DNA of 63,216 nt, counting the filler, from Licmophora abbreviata (taxonomy: Eukaryota), in NCBI GenBank assembly GCA_900291995.1. It is 9 parts of 9 records of this genome, joined end to end, with 100 filler letters (N's around TTAATTAATTAA, not from the genome) between each part and the next. Parts side by side here need not be neighbours in the genome. Positions count along the whole stretch, not along the records: positions 15,771 to 24,275 come from OLMU01002023.1; positions 24,376 to 37,627 come from OLMU01002024.1; 7 more parts are not named here. One strand, 5' to 3'. Below the pieces are notes generated by a model that saw only the letters and a program-made list of their open reading frames with translations, was not told where the DNA came from and searched no databases. Both the position numbers and the translations under genes were made by a program. Positions 20,685-31,674 of the stretch are shown here, one piece after another; within the stretch, counting starts at the first letter, position 1; each line of letters starts with the position of its first letter.

Positions 20685-22969
20685 ATGCTACGACGGGATC
20701 CAGGTGGCGTCATGCACAGAACACTGCTGTCTTTGTCTCGAAGGAGAATACGGTCCCAAATTTCGAGCCAAAATCATTGCGATTGGTGGGATTTCACATT
20801 CAGTAGCTCCGCCTTCGATCGGCGGTCTGTGTTTGACGTGCGCAGGACGATGCAGTACTCGTCATCAGGGTCAAGAAGGCGTTGGTTTTCGAGTGAGATA
20901 GATACCACCGCTGAGTCGGAAGTAATCGGCGACGCGGTGATGGAGAATCCAAGCACTGCAAGTTCGAAGGAAGAAAACATCAATCATTCCGAAACTACAG
21001 GTAGTGCCAAAAATACAGACGATGTCACCAACTCGTCATCGCCCGATCCTCACAAGAAACCCAAGAAGAAAGGAAAACACAATCGTCATCGCGATAAAGC
21101 TCCCTCCAAGAAACAAACTTCCGCCGCACAGGCCTTTTTTGACTCCGTCGCACCCCACGTATCCCTCTTTCGATTTCAGCAGCTCATAGAGAGAATAGAC
21201 AAAAATTGCACTACGGTGCTGGAAAAGAATAGTGCTGATACAACTTCAGAGCACTTTTCCAAGACGGGACTACTACAGGCCTTGGTGAGGAAAAGATCTA
21301 GTAGTACGGAAGAGCCAACCCAAAATGAAAATGCGATGGACCTTGAGTTTTTGGAACAACGACTCCTCGCCTACTTGATGGGCAACGACGAGCGACGCAG
21401 AAACTCCGAGGAGGAACATGGCTCCACAAAAGAAGAAGAGGACGATTCACTGTTATGTGTACAAAACGTTGACATAATCAAAAAGATGCGAAAGGTCGCA
21501 ACTGAAAATCCAGTGTACTGGAGTAGAAACCAAAAGAAGGCATGGTCCGGGCAGACGAAAGGAACGAACCGTCCCAAGAAGGGCAAGTCGGATGATGTAA
21601 GGACCAAAAATGATCGAATTGCGATTGTAGAGCCATTGCATCAGGCAAAATCGGAAGAGAAGCTTCAGGAGGAGGCTGAAGATTTTGTCAAGTTTTTGTC
21701 TGACTCTTTGCCACGGGCCAACATGCGCAAGTTAATGCATCTCTTTTCCAACTCTGTCGAAGCGCATGAGCAACGGTATGCCACCCAGAGAAATATGGAA
21801 GGAGAAGGATTGATGAATGGTGACGGCGAGGACGATAGCGTCGCGAACGACAATTCTGATGCCACGACAGAGTCTTCTCCAGAAAAGAAGAAACGGAAAC
21901 GTCGTCAACGTTTGACTTTGCTCTACACGGCTCTGGACCGGTGTTCCAAGACCCACATGCATCTGATAGCATCCAGGCTTGCGTCGTTTTTCTATGCCGA
22001 GATTGGAGACGAAGATGTAGTAGCTGCGGACACGCGGGTTCTACGTTGGCGAAAGAATTGGAAACGAAGCAGATCAGAAGTTGTAAAGTTGTTGACACTT
22101 GTTCAAGACAAAGTACAGGAAGCGAGCAAGAACTTGCCCAGAGTTGGAAGCATACGAGAGCAGGAAGCAGTGACGCGACGGCGGAACCAACGATCCGGAC
22201 AAAGCGAAAGAAACAGAAAAAGAGGAAGAACCAGAGACGACCTGTTCACATCATTCTAGATACGATTCAGATCACAGACTCATCGTTGCTCTTTGCGGAT
22301 ATTCCGCCACCTCGAATCGACCGAACGATCTTTCTGGACAATCTCCCGATTGATATCGAAGAAACGGAGCTCCTTGATTTGTATTCTCGTTGTGGGACGA
22401 TCCAGTCGGTGGATCTTTTCAACCTTCAGCCTGACTTGGACCCCGGTACCTTGTCGAAGAAGGATCGTGTTTCACGCGTCAAGGCGGCTCGCCGATCCAT
22501 GGTGGACCGAAGCAACTACAAATGGCAGCGACCACGGACTCCCGTCTACGGAACAATTACCTTTGCGACACAAGAGGGCTACAAGACTGCCATCAGTCCA
22601 GAGCTCTGCATCTTTGGCATGGTGATTCGTCGGCATCCAGTTCGCAGTATTTCCGCCGAACGGATGAATCGACTCTACTTGGAACGCATTCCTTCCGAGA
22701 CGTGCGCGGCGGATCTAGAAACGACTTTAAGTCGATTGCTGCATCCTGACGTGTATGTATCTCTTGACATGGGCAGCAGTGGCCAATCCGAGCCGACGAG
22801 CGCGGAACTGAAGTTTCCCAACTTTGAATTGGCATACTACGCACACCATCAACTGTCGCAGGTCGTCTTCTCGGAAACAATACAGGGATTAGAACTGCAT
22901 TGGATGCAGACTCCCGATGACGCTGACAAGTATTGGAGGCGTGAGCTAGGCTTCGATATGGAGTCCTAA
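20685..22969 (+). CDS. RRM-domain protein, probably mitochondrial; apparent frameshift near 22170
   Basis: Arg-rich presequence (RRRWFSS). Two overlapping ORFs in different frames with no intron between them. RTIFLDNLPIDI (RNP2), VYGTITF (RNP1) and a second RRM-like RLYLERIP. Confidence 0.65.
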
Positions 22970-23089
22970 AAGTATCAATAAGATAGAGACTTGCTACGAT
23001 ACGACACTGTCACCCGAGTACGTACCTCCAGTTGATTGAAATGTTCAGACACTAACATTTATTCTCTCTACTAGAAAAACTATACCATG

Positions 23090-23917
23090 CTACCGATACT
23101 CTACACTGCAACTCTTCCGCCTTCCCTCCGGCCACGCTTTGGAGGCATCGTAGTTGCCCACGAACATCCAACCCAAACAAAGCTGTCTACTCCCATCAGC
23201 ACCCTCGTCTGTGTTCCAAAACCCCTCTAACAGTTCCGGTGGATTGACCAATCCCAGCGCCGTTTTTAGTATCGGTGTTTCTGGATCATAGATCCCGGAA
23301 GTACTCCAGTATGCTCCCACCCGATGCGCACTCGCCACAAGATGCATATTCTGTACCGCAGCGGCCACGCTGCATACCTCTTCGACCGCCGGATTCTTGC
23401 CAGTCAATTTACAAAAGACTGCAATCACATGCGACGCCTTCATGCACGAGTTGAACTTTTTGTCGAATTTGCTTTGCAAAAAACCGTCCCCCGACTTGAG
23501 CTTATAGTATCCTGCAAGATAGTGTCCAAGCTGCGACTTTGACGCAGCGCTCGATAGGACGACAAAGTTGTAAGGTTGAGTGAGATGATGGGACGGGGCC
23601 CAACGTGCGGCTTCCAGCATATCTTGGATGACTTCTGCAAGTGGTACACCACCTGCGACGGTGGTGTTGTCGTTCGATTCTGTGTATTGTTTGGGAAAGA
23701 TACTACGGCGTTTTCGAATCACTGAAAGAACGTCCTGTGGTGAAAGTACTGTTGATTTTTTATCCTCATCATCACCCGTTGTAGGACTGGAAGAGTTGTT
23801 GGTCCACGTCCAACGTTTCGTCGTTGTCGTCACCACACAAGTCAAAAGGATCACGCAGGTCGTAGCTGCTACAGCTACTACCGTCGTCTTGTTTGCGCTA
23901 TCATTGTTGAAATGCAT
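23090..23917 (-). CDS. Nitroreductase-family (YdjA-like) flavoprotein with N-terminal membrane anchor
   Basis: IRKRRSI, LEAARWAPSHHLTQP and AAAVQNMHLVASAHRVGAYWST. Confidence 0.88.
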   Translation of the reverse strand: MHFNNDSANKTTVVAVAATTCVILLTCVVTTTTKRWTWTNNSSSPTTGDDEDKKSTVLSPQDVLSVIRKRRSIFPKQYTESNDNTTVAGGVPLAEVIQDMLEAARWAPSHHLTQPYNFVVLSSAASKSQLGHYLAGYYKLKSGDGFLQSKFDKKFNSCMKASHVIAVFCKLTGKNPAVEEVCSVAAAVQNMHLVASAHRVGAYWSTSGIYDPETPILKTALGLVNPPELLEGFWNTDEGADGSRQLCLGWMFVGNYDASKAWPEGRRKSCSVEYR

Positions 23918-24275
23918 TTTCGAACGCGTTGTTGACTCCACTCCCCTAGAAACAGAGAAAGCGAGACAGACAAGAGCATCTGTGAGTCACAGGAGCGACA
24001 TGTTGGTGCGAGTACGGCAGCTGTCGTTTGTACTGAGGAATACTCTCTCGAGACAGAGAGAGTACGTAGTAGTGAGGACTCTGACATTATAATTCCGAGC
24101 CTATCCTGCATATTCCTCTTCTTGTGTCAAGACTATGACAAAAAAGAGACGCCTGACGTGCGACTGACTGCACTCGTGGTGATGAGGCGAGACGACGGTT
24201 GCATTTTGCAACACACGCGTCATTTTGACGCGTGCAAATGACTCTCTCCTTTGAATCACACACGGCGACGGCAGC

Positions 24276-24375
24276 NNNNNNNNNNNNNNNNNNNNNNNNN
24301 NNNNNNNNNNNNNNNNNNNTTAATTAATTAANNNNNNNNNNNNNNNNNNNNNNNNNNNNNNNNNNNNNNNNNNNN
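24276..24375. other. Artificial scaffold spacer
   Basis: N44-TTAATTAATTAA-N44. Confidence 0.97.
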
Positions 24376-24404
24376 TTGTGGTTGTGGTTGTGGTTGTGGT
24401 TGTG
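24376..24404 (+). repeat. (TTGTGG)n hexanucleotide microsatellite at a contig end
   Basis: About 5 copies directly after the gap; a likely cause of the contig break. Confidence 0.85.
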
Positions 24405-24919
24405 CCATGCGATGAAACAGGTAGACAGAGCGCGCAAGAAAACACGTACCGTATGCTTCAGAACGATCGCCATGGTGGTGGAGCTTCCAAACTGTGAGAC
24501 AATCTTCAAATCTTTTGTTGGCGGCTTTTGATTTGTGTGTGGTGGTGGAGGGCGACTCATAGTCCGGGACTGACCTAAGCCGTGACTAAACATAGATATA
24601 CTTAGCCTTGATATGTAAATAAATAATTTAATTAATGACACATCCAAGCCAGCCTGTCAAGCTGCGCACTGCTCACAAGTTTGGCGCCATAGCAAACTCC
24701 AGAACTGTAAATGTTCTTTCCAATGACATCCGTTGCTGGCGCGCAAGCTATCAAGGCCGGCGTCTCCGTTTGAAATCTGCGATGACAGCGTGGGAGGACA
24801 AAACAAAAGAAAGAAACGGCTCTCTTTCGCTTGTTCGCATCACAGAGAGCAGTGTATTTTATAACTCGCTTGATCACAGCTCTTTTACTTCGTAGTAGAC
24901 TCCTTTCTCCCTTGTCATC

Positions 24920-25771
24920 ATGCCCATGCCTCTCCTCAACATCCCCGTGTCTACGCTGCTGGCAGAACCCATCCCAATGCTGACCGGGTGGGTCGTTGGC
25001 GGATTGCTGAGCATCTTTGTTCCGCTCCTCATCTACAACGGCAACAAGCGAGACTTTTACAAGTCCTACGGATACTACATTGAGTATGAAAACGAGCAGC
25101 GTCAGCAAGACGAAAGCGGCAGCAACAATAACAACAATAACTACTACATGAAACCTTGCAAGTGGTTTCAGTTTGGCTGCCGCCGTCGTAACTACTTGTA
25201 CAGTCAGGCGAACGACGGTGGAAACAACAACGACGGTCAGGCGCAGCAGACACTACCTGCCTGGTACCAGTACATTGGCGGACAGTCGGAAGAAGACGAA
25301 CGCATGCAGGAAGAAATGGGCATGGAGGTCGGCGGAACTTCCGGTGCCGTCAAGTTTGTCTACTGGTGGACCTTGCTCTTGTTTCTGGGATTGTTGGCCT
25401 ACGGCGGCTTTGTCATTTACAAGCGTCACTCGGTCGTCCCCTTGATGATCCTCATGCTGGTCTTTGCGCAGTTTTGCTTCCTCCAAATGCTCCTCTTGGG
25501 ACAGGGCGTCATTGGCACGGACGATCGTGACATGGAAGAAAGTGTCTATGGCTGGTACGGACAGTTTAGTGTCTTTATGGTCTATTCCGACTTTTGGTTC
25601 TTTTTGTTTGGAGTCATCTTTACCGCTGTCTTTTCTCTCAAAATGGTCTGGGAGCGCCATCAAGCCAAAAAGGGAGCCGGTGCATCGACCGACGAAGAGC
25701 CGGCGGCGGGAGATTACCACGCACCGGACGATGGAGAGTGGACGAAACCGGAGGAGCGTAGCATGGCGTAA
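24920..25771 (+). CDS. Hypothetical multi-pass membrane protein with an N/Q/Y-rich loop
   Basis: 283-aa ORF with coding-like codon usage, 4 hydrophobic segments, and CKWFQFGCR and YGWYGQF motifs. Family not recognised. Confidence 0.75.
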   Translation: MPMPLLNIPVSTLLAEPIPMLTGWVVGGLLSIFVPLLIYNGNKRDFYKSYGYYIEYENEQRQQDESGSNNNNNNYYMKPCKWFQFGCRRRNYLYSQANDGGNNNDGQAQQTLPAWYQYIGGQSEEDERMQEEMGMEVGGTSGAVKFVYWWTLLLFLGLLAYGGFVIYKRHSVVPLMILMLVFAQFCFLQMLLLGQGVIGTDDRDMEESVYGWYGQFSVFMVYSDFWFFLFGVIFTAVFSLKMVWERHQAKKGAGASTDEEPAAGDYHAPDDGEWTKPEERSMA

Positions 25772-25980
25772 AGTCTGGAAGTAGCCTCGAAAAGAGACTG
25801 TGGAGAAGAAATTCATTGAAAGAGCCCGATTCTGCTGCGGGACGGAAGCTCCCTTGGTACTGTCTAGTGTAGTTTATGATGAAGCAAAACGTAGGCTTAT
25901 CTGTTACTTGTTCTACCAAGAAATAGGACCGTGCCATATCAATCCTCGTATGACTCATACTACTCCTTCGTCCTTGTCAT

Positions 25981-27188
25981 TTACACTATGCTTGGAACAC
26001 GCGATGGAAGTCCGGTATCCGTACAGCAGTTACTGGCATACGTGTCATAGTCTGCCGTGTGGCGCATCAACTGAGCCGTCACGCAACAACCACAACACAG
26101 AGCACAACCCACATCTTCACATCCAGTCGGGCAGTTCTCACTTTCGGGAATTGCATACTTGTTTCGAACGTACCGACGGACACGCCAAATGAGATAGATG
26201 GTAAAGAAAAAGTACGCATAGTGCAGGATGACTTGCAGTACCAGGACGCAGTAGACAAAGGGCGGGGCGTCTTGGGGGTGTTGGCTGTAATCGCCAGTGA
26301 TGAAGACTTCGGAAAAGACGCGAATCGACAAGTAGGCGATCACGATGGAAACCAATATGCGAAAGGCGGCCGCGGCGTCTGCGACACTCCCGGGCAGACC
26401 CAGCCAGTTGAGCTGTAAGCGTGAAATGACTTGACCAAGGGCGGCTGAGAGTATGATAGAGAGAAGGTGTGAGACGACTTGTTGTTGTTGTTGTTGTCGC
26501 ATTGCATTCGATTCATATTCGACGTGTGCACATACCTAACGGAAAACAGAACGCACACCACACATGATTGTGAAATAGTCCATATCGGCAGCACTGAAAC
26601 ATTTCATCTTTCCAGTGACCGACTGGAATGTTGTTCCCGCCGTTGCTGCCGCTGGTAGTCTCGAGTGCAGTAACCACTGACGTTTCCAGTGGCACGGTAA
26701 ATTTTTGACCCTCCTCGACGCCTCCGGGAGGAACTTTGACATCCATGGTCTTACCATTGACTTCGACTTGAAATGTGTAATCCTCACGAAGCGTTGCCGG
26801 AGCCGTCACTTCCATCATGGGCTAATCGGCAAAGAACGCGGTATGTAATAGCAACGGTGGGTGAGAGAGACAGTCATTAGAACTGACACGACAGATAGAC
26901 CGAGAATTCAGTCCTCCGAGAGAAGATTAGATATTGTTTCATCGTGGGCCGCCACATAGGTACGAATGCACGAATGTGTCCCACGTATCGAAATCTCTGA
27001 GCAAATTTGGTGTTTCGTCCTTGGAATGACCTATGATATGGTATGATCACTCAGATTCTAGTACGTACCGTTCCAGTGGTGGTGGGAAGGACTGCATCGG
27101 GACCGGGTCCCACAAGATTCTGCTCAAGGTCATTCTGAGTCTGATCGAGCTGGGCGTAAACGCCTCTTTGCTGATCACCCGAAGACAT
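25981..27188 (-). CDS. PLAC8-family Cys-rich membrane protein; exons 27188-27069, 26821-26536, 26444-25981
   Basis: WKDEMFQCC, WCAFCFP, RRYVRNKYAIP and CEDVGCALCCGCCVTAQLMRH. Two in-frame introns. Confidence 0.85.
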
Positions 27189-27548
27189 TGCGATTCTGAT
27201 TTCGCAAGAGTTTTTAGGAATGTCTGTGGCCTAGTCTGTTCAATTTTGTCGCGTTTCACCAAATTACGTCCGTTTCTCTTTCTGAAGTCTCCGTTCAAGT
27301 CTCAGGGACTCGAGTTGCAACTCTTGAAGCAAGAAGCAGATCAACGAGAAGACGCGAACACAAAAAGAGGCTGCCACGGTACCACCATGGCCCAACGTGC
27401 GTTGGAAGTGATCACGCCGGATCACGCGCGAAGCACATCTCCCGCGATAAGATGGATCATGGAATCGAGTCGAATGAGTCCAGGAAGTATGTTCGTCCTT
27501 CGAGATATATATACGAGACATCATCGGCTAGAAAAATGTGACACCACC

Positions 27549-28055
27549 ATGATGGCATCAACGATCGACAGCAGCACGACGATTACACTCAAAGTGGTCG
27601 GACTGGGTCACAAACTAACGCTGCAGGTACCTTCTACCACTTCGCTGACCGATCTGAAAACAGAAATTGAAAAACAGACTCGGATTCCAGCAGCCTACCA
27701 GCGCTTGATTCATCACGGCAAAAAGTTGGATACGAGTAGTAGCAGTAGCAGCAGCAGTAGAAGTGCACCGTTGGTCTTGCAAGATCGCACCAAGATACTA
27801 CTACTTCACAACGAGCTCTATGCTGCAGATCGACAAGCCTGCAGTCAGATAGAAGCGTTGCGCAATGAACTCGATGAGCTCGCGTCAAACGTAGACACTA
27901 CTTCGCGACACGAGCTAGTAACCCAAATCTGCTGCAAGCTCGATGCGATCGATATACACGGGTCAGACACACTTCGTGCCATGCGAAGACAAGTTTTGCA
28001 GCAAGCGGAAGCAATGGATAGTTCATCGACTGCACATACAAATTGCGGCGCATAG
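27549..28055 (+). CDS. BAG-family co-chaperone with ubiquitin-like domain (BAG-1-like)
   Basis: UBL (LKTEIEKQTRIPAAYQRLIHHGKKL) followed by a BAG helix (ELVTQICCKLDAIDIHGSDTLRAMRR). Confidence 0.8.
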   Translation: MMASTIDSSTTITLKVVGLGHKLTLQVPSTTSLTDLKTEIEKQTRIPAAYQRLIHHGKKLDTSSSSSSSSRSAPLVLQDRTKILLLHNELYAADRQACSQIEALRNELDELASNVDTTSRHELVTQICCKLDAIDIHGSDTLRAMRRQVLQQAEAMDSSSTAHTNCGA

Positions 28056-28357
28056 TGGCATTGGCCAAAAATTGGAGTCGGTGATGTGAGTGACAGTCCG
28101 TCGCTTCTCGCACTTTACAGATGCACGCTTCAGAATGCATCACATTATAGATAGTACCGTGTCGGCCCATGCTGTGCGCTAAACGAAACGGCATGTTTCT
28201 CCATCACGTTCAGTAGGTAGTGTGATCTAATTGCATGAAAAAGGCGTTGATCGCCACCAAATCGACAGTTTATGAGAAAAAGGCAGTGTCCAGGGAAGCG
28301 GATAGATAGTCAAGTTCACTTTTAACTAGAAATAACCATCGAAACTAAAATGCGGAA

Positions 28358-31069
28358 TTAATCGACGGTGACCGCTTTTGCTAGGTTGCGTGGTGTGTCT
28401 GGGTTAATACCACTGTAGAAGTAGAGCAAAGCAAGCAAGCATCTCTGTTAGTCCCAATTTGACAGCGTGAGTGTACACCCGAATTTTTTTGTAAAACGAC
28501 AGACGTACCGAAGAATGGCAAGTTCGTACGCAATCAGCTGCAATGGGAGGACGGCGCCAAGGGCTGTCATTGGTCCGTTCGTTGGAATGACGATCGGTGT
28601 TGGGTCCAGGCCCTTAGCGAGACTCGGCTTGTCGGTAATGATGATCAGCTCTGCCCCTCTGGCTTTGACCTACACGACGAAGAAGCACCCAACGCACCAT
28701 GAGAGATTGACACAAGAATATCGAGCGTTTTCGTTCCAACCACGAAAGCCTGACGTACCTCCTCGGCACATGTGCGCATGTGATGAGCGTGCTGGTCGTC
28801 AAAGATGAGCATGATGATGGGCGTTGCCCCGAATTTTCCCGTCTGGGCGTTCTCAATCAACGCAAATGGCCCATGCTTCAGTGCGCCGCCACTGTATCCC
28901 TCCGCATGAAGATAGCACATTTCCTTGATTTTTAATGCCCCTTCCATCGCCACCGGTTCCCCATATCCTTTTCCGAGTACGAAACAATGCTCTTTATCTT
29001 GAAGCCGCTCGGCAATTGCACGGCATTGATCCCGACTCTTGAGAGCCATTCCAAACGTAATCGGAAGTCGCATCAGCGCTTCTTGCAATCGAACCATATC
29101 CACACTCGGTCTAACCTTCCCCTCCAGCTTGTCTCGCACCTGACGGAACCACAAGGCAATCAGCGCGAGGACTGTCACTTGCGTTGTAAACGCCTTGGTA
29201 CTCGCCACGGCGTTCTCCCGTCCTGCATTGCAGTACACACCGAGCTTGGTAGTACGCGCAATGAGACTTCCGACCGCATTGACGACACTCAGCACCGTCA
29301 CACCCTTGTCCTGTGCCGCCCCCACGACTCGTGCCACGTCCTTGGTTTCACCACTCTGCGAAACCACAATGAGTCCCGTCTCCTTGGGATCCTTGGTCAT
29401 GGGAAAGTCCTTGGCATCCGTTTCCGCTGCATCAATCGAGACGACACTGTCGAATGACCCAAGGTGTTTCATAATCCGTTCTGCATACTTGGAAGCGTTT
29501 AAGCTAGTACCACATGCGCTGAGAGTCATGAATTTGATCTGTGAAACGAGATCGAATTTGTTGTCCAATCCTCCCAACAATACCTTGTCGGCCGACAAGC
29601 GACCGCCGAAACCCAACGCACGAGCAATCGCCTCGGGCTGTTCGACACATCTAATAATTAAAAATATAAAAGAGAGAAATATGAGTGCATGTATCAGATG
29701 CAATCGTCGTTCGTTTGATCCATTCATCAATCACCCTTGGCAGTCACAAAATCGCACCCACGACTTACTCCTTCAAAGTCCAATGAGGATACGGTTCCGG
29801 AGACAGTTTGACGTCGACATCCGGCGCAAGCTGCTTCCTGGTTAGATCCAACGTCCGTCCATCGGCATGCAAGACTCCAATTTCTCCATCCTTCATGCTG
29901 ATAAAGTTTTTCGTGTACCGATTGAAGGCCGTCGTTTCGCTAGCCACAAAGGTCCGATCGCCGCCAATACCAATGACAAGAGGCGATCCGTTGCAGGCCA
30001 CGACGAGTTCGTCTGGCGTATCGGTACACATGATGCAGAGTCCCCACGAGCCATCACATTCGACCAAGGCACGCTCTGTAGCGTCCTTGACGGTCAGAAT
30101 ATCGTCTTGTGCATAGTAATGTCCAATCAACTTGGCAATGACTTCCGTATCCGTCTGGGAAGTGAACTTGTGTCCCATGTTTTTGAGCATATCCCGGAGT
30201 TCATTGGAATTGTTGAGCGTGCCGTTGTGTACGAGCGCCACCTTGCCCGAGGAGTCCGTGTGGGGGTGCGCATTTTCGTCCGTCTTGCCACCATGGGTGG
30301 CCCAACGCGTGTGAGCAATGCCGACGGAGTGTCCGGCGGAGTTGGTGGAATGGGCGGCGACCAAGTCGATGCCATCGGCCTTGTCGCCGTCACTGGCGTA
30401 CTTGGTCACGACCTGAGTAAAAAGAAGAAGGAAAGTTTGACGAGAGTGAGCCAGAAAGAAAGAAATGAAAGAATTGTTGCTCCTCAGATCAGAACAGGGA
30501 AAAGCGTCTTTGATACACACCATGGGTCCTCCTCCCTGAGGAAGAGTAGCGAGTCCAGCACTGTCGTATCCACGGTTTTTGAGCACCGTGAGTCCCTCCA
30601 GCAGAAAGTCTCTGTAGTAACAGAAAAAGAGACGGTTTTGTGAGATCGTTGCGGACAACCAGAACAGGAGCTTCGATTCTAGACTACGCTGCATGCGGTG
30701 AAGCATCAATGTACCAGTTTGCCTGTGGCGTATGTACCTTGCGTCATGCGACTCGTTTCCTACGACACCCGCAATACCACAGCATCCTGTCGTAGTCTGA
30801 TCCTTGGTCGAAGTCTGATGGATCGCCAGGACAGTAGCCAAGGCTGCTGCCGTCGCGTAGGCCACTGCACTGCGGGAAGTGGGATGACTGCCGTCAAAAC
30901 CAGCATTTTGACTCCTGGACAATGACTGCGAACTGAGCGTCGTCGACAACGAGGCGCCCGTCGGACTGACGAACTCTCTCTGCGTACCCAGACTTGTTGG
31001 AGAAGGAAGAGCCCGTCGACGTAGACTGCGGCGCCAAACGGCGGCAGAAGTTAGAATGCGGCGGGTCAT
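28358..31069 (-). CDS. glmS: Glutamine:fructose-6-phosphate amidotransferase (GFAT/GlmS) with 96-aa N-terminal extension; exons 31069-30738, 30611-30521, 30412-29769, 29650-28759, 28669-28509, 28412-28358
   Basis: [55 protein letters not shown] and C-terminal [11 protein letters not shown]. Five in-frame introns. Confidence 0.95.
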
Positions 31070-31674
31070 GGTGCTGCAGTCTCTCTCTACAATAATCTCA
31101 GAGCAGAATGACAAACAGGCAATGCCCTTTTTGGTTTTTGTGACCCCGCGGGTCTGGAACCCGGTCGGAGAGTTCAGTCACGAGCAAAATGCACATATAC
31201 ATGAGTAAACAATGTTAATACTCTGCAAGACTGAATTTGTTTCTACTATTTTCATCGCAGGCTTGGGTGGTTCAGTCGTGAGCAGACACGGAGAAACAGC
31301 TTGGATTGGAAGAGATCGTTTCTACCATTTCAATACTTGACAGACACACGCAATTCCAGATCATGGACAGATCTGCGAGCAGATGTTTTGTGAATGCACC
31401 TAATCGGAAAGACGCTTTGTCGCATACGATACTACCCAATTATTGGCTTGTTCGCAAGCCAGCGCATCACCCTTATGTGAGTGAAAATATCACTCTCCTT
31501 GGAAGCGCAAAAAACAACAAACGATTGAGAACCCTCATTGCAATTGAGAACCCCGTGTTTCACCGCCGTCGAGAGCAAGCAGCGTTGCAGCCGTGATGGT
31601 GTTCGCATCGACCATTGTCGTACCGGTAGACCTTCCTGACACCCCCTGCGAACAAAGTCAACAAGGAGACGGCC

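Noticed and set aside
24376..24404. (TTGTGG)n as a telomere
   Set aside because: It does not match TTAGGG and is better explained as a microsatellite that broke the assembly.
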